A stretch of DNA of 64,000 nucleotides, taken from positions 410,936,001 through 411,000,000 of the forward strand of contig OZ024740.1 in the NCBI GenBank assembly GCA_964016885.1. Reading direction: 5' to 3'. How positions within the stretch are numbered: the first letter of the stretch is position 1; each line of letters begins with the position of its first letter. Below the pieces are notes generated by a model that saw only the letters and a list, made by a program, of their open reading frames with translations, made no database searches and was not told the origin of the DNA. Positions 53,789 through 64,000 of the stretch are shown here, piece after piece. A program made the position numbers and the translations under genes. Source of the stretch: Eledone cirrhosa. Its lineage: Eukaryota.

Positions 53789-55214
53789 AATATATGAACA
53801 ACCGTCCGGTTGTGGAACCAGCCAAACGGAAATTTATAATTTAATTTATAATAAATTGGAGTGAAAGCATCTGGTGCGTGTGTTTCTTATTGGCAACTTG
53901 ACCCTCCCAAAGTATATATATATAATTATATGCGCATATATCATATATGCACATGCATAAACGGACACACGGGACTACTAGAGTGTGTGTCTGTATGTCT
54001 GTATGCGTGTGTGTGTGTGTGTGTGCTTCCCCATGTATATATTTGTGTGTGTTTGTATGTATATAAATACTTATACATGTATAGATAATAACTACCCACA
54101 CATTGATGATAATATATAGATATATAGATAATAACTACCCACACTGATGAATATTTATATCCGGCGTCATCCGGTCTTCTCCCCTTTCTGTGCTGCGCTC
54201 AATTCTATTCATAAGGCAATTATTGGCTTCTATGGTAATGACCATTTTCCTTAAAATAAAAGATCTTAAAAGCTATTTAAATATTGAATAACATAATTTA
54301 AAAAAAATATTTTTGAATATCCAAATACAGAAAGTAATAAAGGAAATAATAGAAAAATGTATTATAAAACATTTACAGACTTCAGTATATACGATGTTTT
54401 TAGCGTCGATAGATTTATAGGTCTGGCTACCTCCAGGTATCATATGTGAGAGATTTTGTTGATGACATTCACTGAGATGATTTTGTGGAGCAAGGATTGC
54501 TCCTTCACACAGCCACTCCTCGCTGGAAAGGTGGATTCGGAAATTGGGAAACAGTTGATTAATTCAGTTTACAACGCTTTCCACAACAGTACAAAATGAT
54601 AACGGATCAAAACATCCTCCAGTATCAAGGGATTGCTTTTTTATGAATTTAAACGGCTGACAGGTTCTTATCTGTAACTCTGAGTGTCCCTCTCTTCACG
54701 CCTCTGTTACTCGCACTGACGAAATCTCCGAGGCTGGGAAAAGCCGTGGTTTCCTCCCTCATCCCGATTCCGTTTTCGTAAAAAAAGACGATTGCAAACA
54801 TGTTGGAGGTCGGATTAGTTGAAAATACAGGAAAAACCTTAATTATTATCAATTTTATTTAGTCTTTCTCTCACTTCTTTTTTCTCTTTATCTATATACG
54901 TCTTTCTGTTTGTCTGTTTATACACACACACACACACACACACTCACGCACACACACACGCACACACACACACACACAACACACGCACACACACGCACGC
55001 ACACACCCACCCACCCACACCCACACACACACACACACACATACACACACACACACAGACACACACACACATATATAGACAGACATACATACAGAAAGAC
55101 GCATACTTATCGAGTACTCTGGTGCATTATGGTCCACCAGGTTCCTTACCACACTTTCCTTGTTACACACACACATATATATATAAATATATATATATAT
55201 ATATTTATTACTAT

Positions 55215-55288
<74 letters not shown>

Positions 55289-55362
55289 ATATATATATAT
55301 ATTTAAAAAAATTAGAGCAATTAGATTAGAGCAAACATCACGAGGGCTCTATCTCAAAATTA

Positions 55363-55398
55363 TTTTTGAAAAGCATTAGAAATGCGAAACCGGTAAAA
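55363..55398 (+). ncRNA. Minimal U3:A8 hammerhead
   Basis: UUU-UUGAAAA-GCAUU(AGA)AAUGC-GAAA-CCGG-UA-AAA within the PLE terminal-repeat copy 55320-55515. Confidence 0.6.
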
Positions 55399-55882
55399 AC
55401 TTAAAACTAAAACTGAATACTAACCAATACTTATTACTAACTTATACTTATTCGTAATTAAACTATTTTTCACTGGGAAAAATTTGTCAGCATTTTCTTT
55501 TCCTTTTTACTAATATATATATATATATAGTAATAATAAATTTGAAGACTAGAATCCAAAGAGGACTTGATAAGGATAAATATATATCAAATATATACGA
55601 ACCGTAGAGCAAATATTTATTAAAATAACAGATTAAAGTTTAAGCAAAGAATCGCTGCTTTCACCCTTATATCTATCTGTCGTTTCAACAGCTAGATCTG
55701 AACTGTCGATCCAGCTGTCGAAACGGCCAGAGCTCAGCCGTGCCACTAGCCACGTGACGATTCTTAGCCATTTTGAATTCGTTTCTGGCGGGGATCATGT
55801 AAGAACAATCTTTGTCCAATTGAGTTTATCTCCTGATGATTTCCAACCTCGTTGATTTATCCAAGATCGGATAAATATATAT

Positions 55883-56222
55883 AAACTAAAAAATCAATCT
55901 GTGTACGCAGAAGTAAATATTTCGAAAAACGTTGCAACCGAAGGAAGACAGGAAGACGATACTCTGGTTCGTGGAAACGTTCCCTGGAAAAGAACAGAAA
56001 AAACGAAGATAATACGTATTTATTTGGACTGGTGAAAACAATTAGTGGTTTTGCCGTGTAATTGTTTTCACCGTTCCAAATAATGACGTATTATCTACGT
56101 TTTTTCCCGTTCTTTGCCAGGGAACGTTTCCACGAACCAAAGTATCGTCTTCTTGTCTTACTTCGGTTGTAACGTTTTTCGAAATATTTACTTCGGCTTT
56201 CAGAGATTGATTTTTTTAGTTT
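55883..56222. repeat. MITE-like or fold-back palindrome, ~160-bp arms, 14-nt spacer
   Basis: AAACTAAAAAATCAATCT.. / ..AGATTGATTTTTTTAGTTT; spacer 56045-56058. Confidence 0.8.
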
Positions 56223-56292
56223 CAGAAGATCCCGTTAAGGGTGAAAGCAGCGATTCTTTGCTTAAACTTTAATCTGTTATTTTAATAAATAA

Positions 56293-56375
<83 letters not shown>

Positions 56376-56427
56376 TATATGCTTAAAGAAAAAGGGAAAG
56401 ACATATATACTAATTGAGAAAAGAGGG

Positions 56428-56491
<64 letters not shown>

Positions 56492-57387
56492 GAGTGAGTC
56501 AGATGTCGGGTCGGCCGATAATAAACGAAAACATGTAGAAAGAATTTAGTTAATTAGAAAGAGGAGGAGGTGGATTGAGTGAGAGGTGTAGTGTTTTCCT
56601 CTCTCTATATAGATAGCGTGGATAACGACCAGAAAGTATATGTGTACTGGAAAGAGCACTAAATTCCCCCAACTAACCCCTATTCCATTTTCGGAAAATT
56701 TGTTGACAGTGAGCTTGATTGAAGTCAGATTAATTGAAAACACATGAAGCACCTGACTTATTATTCATTCTACTTAGTGTTACTAGCGATTGACGTACAA
56801 ACTTCATTTTTATAAGTATATAGACATTAATGTGTGTGTTTGTGTGCGTGTGTAGATATTATGTATATATTTCCATATATGAATTTGTTGTTCTAAATTT
56901 TAGAATGCAATAAAGGAAGAATTAATTGCTGTTTAATTTTTCATGATGTTGATCCAACGGCAATTGACATTATAAGTTGATCTTATCACTTCAAACATTT
57001 GTCGAGTGGGCAACATTAAAATGTAAGCTTTTGACTATCGATAAATATGATGATGTTTTAATATTCTGTTGAAGATATCTAACTTCAGTTATGCTACTAA
57101 TGACATCACGAGTAGAAATTTAGTTGAGTCACCTGTTACCTATCCCCACTTACCCTGTAATGTTTGGATTTTCAGATGCGTGCGCACACACATACATATG
57201 CATAAATATATTTACTCACATTCATGTATATATATATCTAAGTATGTGTGTGTGTTTTCTATGTATGTAAATTTAAAGCTTTTACTAATTATACCAATAA
57301 ATGAAACGTTTATTTTTCAAAGACTTCTCATAAAATTATTGTTCATCAGTACTTTCTCTTTCATTACCTCTCTCTCTCTTCCTCTTT

Positions 57388-57454
<67 letters not shown>

Positions 57455-58437
57455 GATATTAAATAAATGGAAACTATATTTATAAAACCATATTTATTTC
57501 ATTATATATATTTCAGGGATATCATATTAAAAATATGGTATGCCTTCTTCAGACAAAATACAATATAAACAGTCTTATAAATAGATAGATTTGACATACC
57601 TTACGACTTCAACTTTCATTTAAAAAGTTGATTTGGTAGTGAAAAATGTTAGGGACAGTTATAAAAAGAAAGAAAGAAAAAAAGCGAAGAAAAAGAAGAA
57701 ATGCATGCAACTAAATAGAGAGAGATAGATATAGAGAGATAGATAGAGAGAAGAAATTCATGTAAAGAAACAGAGAGAGATAGATAGAGAGAGAAAAAAC
57801 ACAGAGGGAGATAGATAGAGAGAGAGAGAAAAGAGAGAGAGAAAAAATAGAGAGAGATAGATATAGATAGAGATAGAGAGAAAGAAAATAGGTAGTTGGG
57901 CACCCGTTGAATGACGTATCAATGATATATTTATTTATTTATTTATTTATTTAGTTCTAGTATTAAGGTAGAGAGAGATATATGTGGTTAGGAGAGAAAA
58001 CAGCCGTTACATAGAGAGAAAAGAAAAATATCCAGAGATAAACGAGGCAGATTTAAAACATTATGTTTCATCAATGTGAAAATATCAATTCGTATGAATT
58101 AGGTATTATAATGTAAATATCAGTATTCATGAATGAAACACGTATCAATAATGTGTGAAAAATAATGATCATATGTCTAGTTTAAAATTCCTAGGTATTA
58201 TTAGTTAAAATTAATGTAGATTCTATATATATTTGTGTGTATGTACACATATATGTATACTAGAATTTTCATAGCACAATGAGAATGTTTTCATGTGAAA
58301 TAGGAATTTGCAGAGTTGATCACGTAAATTCACATGGAAGTCTATAGTATCGAATCTGGGATAACCTTCTATTTTCTTTTTCTTTTTCTTTTTTCATGAA
58401 AGTGCATATATACTTATGTATTTCAATTTTTTTTGAA

Positions 58438-58505
58438 GTTTTTTATCTCAGTTTTTTATCTCAGTTTTTTTATCTCAGTTTTTTATCTCAGTTTTTTATC
58501 TCAGC
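58438..58505 (+). repeat. Minisatellite (T5-7)ATCTCAG x5
   Basis: Direct reading. Confidence 0.9.
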
Positions 58506-58535
58506 TCTGATATAAACCTAGGAACTGAGGATCTG

Positions 58536-58613
<78 letters not shown>

Positions 58614-58798
58614 TAAAATAACAGATTAAAGTTTAAGCAAAGAATCGCTTCAAGTTTATTATTATTACTATTATATATATATATATATATATATCCAGGG
58701 AGTGTAACTTGGGGTTACTGTAGGTTCACCCGGGTGAGCACTCGATGTTTAGCTTCACTTCAGTGTCGTGGTGTAGAGCTAGACAGAGTGTATTATAA

Positions 58799-58931
58799 AT
58801 AACTGTTTCTACTTTAGGCACAAGGCCAGCAATTAACCAGTGCATTACTGGTACTTTATTTTATCGACCCCGTAAGGATGAAAGGTAAAGTGAACCTTAG
58901 CGGGATTTGAACTCAGACCGTAAAGGGACGT
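58799..58931 (-). mobile_element. 5'-truncated SINE
   Basis: TSD TGTATTATAAATAAC. Confidence 0.9.
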
Positions 58932-58999
58932 ATGTATTATAAATAACAAGGGTATTAATGATAACAAGGACGATTGGTTACTCCTTCATTAAATTTATT

Positions 59000-59090
59000 G
59001 GTTAATGACACGCGTTTCGCCACTAATCAGCTCAAGATTCAATCGGTATCGATCTTACCCGACTCTGTAATCTGCGGCTCGTCGGACCCT
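59000..59090 (-). ncRNA. Degenerate long-stem-II hammerhead
   Basis: CCGACGA-GCCGC[..]GUGGC-GAAA-CGCGUG-UC; stem I poor; shares GAGUCGGG..GAUCGAUA with 48278. Confidence 0.45.
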
Positions 59091-59437
59091 TGTAATGTTA
59101 GTAGAAAATGAATACATGTTGTATGATAAAGTCAGAAGTTCATATATTGGTCAATAAAGCTTGTTTTATTGGTGGATTAGTTCATATGGATGTTTTTGCC
59201 TGTAGTGTATGTGGGTGTGGGTGTGATGATAAGATGGTGGTGACGGTCGCAGGCTGAAGTGGGGGTGCTGGTTGTCAGTAGACATATTGGCATGTAGCTG
59301 AGGCTGACTTTTGTGTGTGGTGTGGTGTTGTTGTTTGTGGTAATGGTGTTTATGGTGGTGTCAATTTCAATAAGGAGATACATACATAGACACACTTAGT
59401 CTGACAAATACGTTGTATACATACACATGTGTATATA

Positions 59438-59520
<83 letters not shown>

Positions 59521-59691
59521 CCAGTGGAGATGGCGTTGTACAAATAAATATACTTACACACACACACATGCGTTGTTTAGGGAAAGATGATATGTGTTGG
59601 TGATGTTGATGATTGTTGAAGTATGTAGATGTGCCTGGTCTTGGCGCTGGTGGTGGTGCGTAAGTATTATATACATATACATGGTGGTGGG

Positions 59692-59729
<38 letters not shown>

Positions 59730-60014
59730 GTAGAACACTGGAAGGTAATATCCGTAGTGGTAGAGCGCTCAGTCCATGGGACGTTGTCCAGACGTTTTCC
59801 ACACGTCTGGAAACACCTCTTACATAACTACAAAGCTCCGGATTGAATTACAACACCATTCTAATTTTTTTATCAATTGGAAACTATCGGACTTCCGCAG
59901 TTATCTCCCTTACACCTCTCGCACGCAAATTATTATTGCTTGTGTGAAGTGATCGTTTCTGCGCATGCGCGTTCGTACTGTTGTCCTTCATGTTCCGTAT
60001 AACCATGTCTATTT

Positions 60015-60052
60015 CGAACTGAGGATCTGCTAAGGTGAAACAATTGTTCTCG
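60015..60052 (+). ncRNA. Minimal hammerhead, intact core, weak stems
   Basis: CGAA-CUGAGGA-UCUGCUAAGGU-GAAA-CAAUUG-UU-CUCG; truncated copy at 58522-58538. Confidence 0.55.
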
Positions 60053-60081
60053 GTATGGTGAACTAACTGTTGTGTAACCAC

Positions 60082-60111
<30 letters not shown>

Positions 60112-60117
<6 letters not shown>

Positions 60118-60921
60118 CTGGACTGCCGGTCGCTATATTTGATTTGCAAAGCTGTCTAAACGTATTGTTATAACTCTGGGGTATTATTCTCCATCGAGTT
60201 CTAAGCTGCATTCCAAATCTGCATTCGTTAGCTTAGCTGCTGCCTAAAGCTTCGTTAATGCTGTACTAAAATTTGTATTTTTAACTCCTAGAATTAACGA
60301 TTAACTGATTAATTTAATTAGACAATTCTATTGATTGATTAATTGCTTATGTTTGTTTGATAACTTCTGGTTGAGTGCTTAATTGCGTTTGTCTAAGGTA
60401 ATTCCATTCCTTTGTCCCAAATTTCGAATTCACCGCCAAAATGGGGGTTACCTCCCTTTGAGAAAACCACGTGTCTATAGCGAAATTTACTGCTAGAAAA
60501 CACACCCGGAGAGGCTATAGAACGCAAGACTTGTTGACGAAGTAACTCCTTTGTTCTGTCTTCAAAGGCCATTAACTTGCAGACCCCTGCAAGCGGAATT
60601 ACTCGATCTCGGATTTACAGAAACCTAGCGTGGATGTTGTATGTTATATGTGATGTATATTGTATGCTATACGATATGCGTTGTGTGTTGCATTCAATGT
60701 CCATGTGATGGTCCAGGTCAGTCAAAATATTTCCCTGAGTTCATTTTTTTTTTCGTTGCTATGGCAATGCGGCTGGACTGCCGGTCGATATATTTGATTT
60801 GCAAAGCTGTCTAAACGTATTGTTATAACTCTGGGGTATTATTCTCCATCGAGTGCTAAGCTCCATTCGTTAGCTTAGGCTGTACTAAATGCTGTACTAA
60901 AATGCTGTACTAAAATTTGTA
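60112..60921. mobile_element. Non-coding element with ~160-bp direct repeats (period 655), flanked by (TA)n
   Basis: 60112-60280 matches 60767-60921; structured HHR-like segment at 60530-60620. Confidence 0.6.
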
Positions 60922-61019
60922 TATATATATATATATATATATATGTATTCATTATAATATCATTATAATTTTAAAGGATTGTAAATAAAACAAGTAAATC
61001 AGACAAAGCTGGAATGCCT

Positions 61020-61056
<37 letters not shown>

Positions 61057-61277
61057 TTCTTATAAAAGGAAGCTTGTTTGTAATTTGATCGCTATTAATT
61101 AAGGTTTCACCTAATCTGACATGTGGTATGGATACCACCATCAATGTCCTCTCCGAAATTTGACAGAGGGTAGATCCTTGGATTTTCCCACCTTTTGAGT
61201 TTTCTTTACTGGGATTTTGTGATTCCTTTACAGTTTTTTTCGTTTGTTTTCGACCTATCTGTCATTCGAGTCACATA

Positions 61278-61393
<116 letters not shown>

Positions 61394-61580
61394 CTATTTA
61401 CTTGCATCTTGAACCTAAATCAATTCAACCATTTTAAGTGATATATATATATCTCATCGAGTTGTGAAGTAGGCGTTTATACGCCAACACTATATATAAA
61501 ATGGTATTGGAAGTAGACTGAAATTTTAAAGAAATTGGAAATCTTTGGTGTCCCAAAACTGAAGTAATCAAATGCATATA

Positions 61581-61767
61581 TAATTGTTTCTATTTTAGGC
61601 ACAAGGCCAGCAATTACCCAGTACATTACTGGTACTTTATTTTATCGACCCCGTAAGGATGAAAGGCAAAGTTAACCTCGGCAGGATTTGAACTCAGATC
61701 GTAAAGGGACGTAACTATGCTGGAAAGCATGTCCGACCCTCCACCGATACTGTCAATTCACCGCCCA
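61581..61767 (-). mobile_element. Full-length SINE
   Basis: TSD CAAATGCATATATAAT. Confidence 0.92.
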
Positions 61768-62738
61768 AATGCATATATAATACTCTGAAATACTTACTAA
61801 GAAGACAATCGGCAACTACTATGTATTTATAGTATTCATTAGATGACAGAATATTTAGAATTTGCTTAAATAATTGGGGTGGTTTTCTCTAGCATATGCT
61901 GTACTGACTCAATGAGAGACAAATTTTTATAGAAATATTTCTTCAGGGCGACTGCTTCGTTGTGTAAATTCGATTGATTAGCGTGAGGAGTTATTCTGTA
62001 TTACAGACTTCTGGTTTGTTGTTGCGAGCTATACCTTTTAACAGTCTCTCCTAATTGCACAGTTTTCGCTTAAAGTTCTGATATTTAGCCCTTTTCTGAT
62101 AGTTATGAGACCTGACACGTATAAAGAGGACCATTTGAGATATTTATCGAGATTATATGAACGTAAGATCCGGGAGTCATGATTTAATGTCAATGTAGAT
62201 ATTTAGGTATCTATAAATCTAAAATTTATTCGATAAAGTACACAAAACATCTACTGTAAATCAGTTGCGACCAAAATGACATAATAAAAAGACATTATTC
62301 AAAGTTGTTCGAAATGTCGAAACTTTACTGAATATTGAGTAAATATCTGTTATATCGATTATGAAGGGACGTGTTCATAGAATAAAATACTGCATTAAAC
62401 GAGGAGTGATTTGCATATGAAAACCAATTCACACACTTATATCTAATTTCCGTTCTATAGACATCTATTAATGAAAAGTATCCTAGGTTTTCCAAGTATT
62501 GTGTTAAAGCAAATTATGGGCTGCAGGTCTATCGCTTGTTTGATAATAAGGAAATGTATACCAAACAATTTACAAATGTTAGGTAGCAAATACATTCTTT
62601 AGATTTGAAGAGCAATGATCGGAACCATACGAAACACATATACTCATACGCGCACATACGGACATTCACACACGCAGTAATGTATGTGCACACACACACA
62701 TATATATATAGCCATATAAATATCTACCTATCTTCCTG

Positions 62739-62773
<35 letters not shown>

Positions 62774-62815
62774 CTTGTCCCCTTTTCTTGTGCGCCCTTG
62801 TGGCTAATAAAGAAA
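62774..62815 (+). mobile_element. 42-bp 3' tip of the Tx1-like family in (TATC)n
   Basis: CTTGTCCC..CCTTGTGGCTAATAAAGAAA between TATC runs. Confidence 0.7.
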
Positions 62816-62817
62816 TA

Positions 62818-62875
<58 letters not shown>

Positions 62876-63402
62876 ACAGCCGATTAAATTGACCGCCGAG
62901 TCCGTGATGACAATCAAACCGCCTCCCCTCTTCACAAAGGAAGCAAAGGCGGTTTTTCTGTGCGTAATAGCCATGTTGAAAGAGGTTGTTTGGTGGACAC
63001 GATTGAAAGGTCTGAGGTCAGGCAACTTCCTCTCTGGCCATAGTCTGGTCTACTTCTTCCGATATCACTTCGGAAGAAGGATAAGAATGGAAAGAGAGGT
63101 GCTTGGCCACAGGCAGTTTTATGAAAGGTGGGTGATAGCAGCGAGAATGGCTCGTGTAAATGGGCCTTCTCTGTATACCATCCTGTAGGTAAAGAAGTAA
63201 AGGAGAAGGGAGCACCTTCTCCATGTGCTCCCCGGGCAAAGGATTGCACACTTTTTCGGGGGTGTGTGCAACCCCCATCACGTCCCCTCCCTTTTGAGGT
63301 TATTTTCGATTATTTTCATGTTACACCCTTTTTACTCGATTATATGTAAACTACCCCTTTGTATTTGTCCCTTCTTTTTATGCCTTTATGGTAAATAAAG
63401 AA

Positions 63403-63403
<1 letters not shown>
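62876..63403 (+). mobile_element. 5'-truncated Tx1-like copy (ORF2 C-terminus + 3' UTR) in (TATC)n
   Basis: ORF 62889-63188 closely matches the last ~99 aa of ORF2 (IKPPP.F..EA.AVFLCVIAM.KEVVWWTRLKGLRSG..). Confidence 0.92.
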
Positions 63404-63441
<38 letters not shown>

Positions 63442-63480
63442 GTTTATGTAGATGTAATTGTTAGCGTCTTAATTGCCTTA

Positions 63481-63660
63481 AATAATTGTTTCTACTTTTG
63501 CCACAAGGCCAGAAATTACACAGTACATTACTGGTACTTTATTTTATCGACCCCGCAAGGATGAAAGGCAAGGTTAACCTCGACGGGATTTGAACTCAGA
63601 CCTTAAAGGGATGTAATTATGCTAGAAAGCATGACCAACCCTCTACCGATACTGCCAATT
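63481..63660 (-). mobile_element. SINE
   Basis: TSD AATTGCCTTAAATAAT. Confidence 0.9.
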
Positions 63661-63669
63661 GCCTTAAAT

Positions 63670-63790
63670 AATGGCACGCTCCTTCGTGGTTATGATGGTC
63701 GGCTCACAATCATAAGGTCGTAGTTTCGATATCTGGATCGAGCAAGACATTATATTCCACGCTACTTCAATCGACTGAACTGAGAAGTGA
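63670..63790 (+). mobile_element. Second, older tRNA-headed SINE family remnant
   Basis: CGTGGTTATGATGGTCGGCTCACAATCATAAGGTCGTAGTTTCGATATC (tRNA-like head), then GAGCAAGACA. Confidence 0.45.
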
Positions 63791-64000
63791 AAATCAACAG
63801 CTTACTCCCATCAGCAGCTGAGGATTAACTCAGCATCAGACAGGCATCCTGTGCTCCTCTCGGTTAACGCCTCTCGGTTATACGCTCCCCCAATGGTCAT
63901 TTGGCGTGACAGAAATGTTTAACAGTTTGTTAAATGTATTAATATAGTATTAAAACGGAATTAGAAAAATTGGGTTATTGCTAAATTGTGGATATATGTG

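Overview
AT-rich, microsatellite-saturated eukaryotic (animal) non-coding DNA. The repeat content (a tRNA-derived SINE family, Penelope-like elements, very long TA/CA/GA runs) suggests a coleoid cephalopod such as octopus; this is an inference. I found no host exon, rRNA, tRNA gene or CRISPR, and most listed ORFs are microsatellite artefacts. Contents: (1) a Tx1/L1-clade non-LTR retrotransposon with intact ORF2 (APE-RT-CCHC) and a 15-bp TSD, plus three truncated relatives, all inserted in (TATC)n; (2) at least six Penelope-like element (PLE) remnants embedded in (TA)n, several as long inverted or snap-back duplications; (3) CR1-, RTE- and possibly R4-type LINE remnants, a mariner relic, a non-autonomous Helitron and about a dozen SINEs. 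The most notable unannotated layer is about 20 type-I hammerhead ribozyme (HHR) motifs, read by eye on both strands. They include U3:A8 compensatory cores, a recurrent U-U mismatch at the base of stem II, and large branched stem-II insertions. Two non-coding units (monomers 714 and 655 nt) have a (TA)n-repeat-unique-repeat-(TA)n layout resembling retrozymes or circular-RNA-derived retroelements. All structures were folded manually and none is tested.
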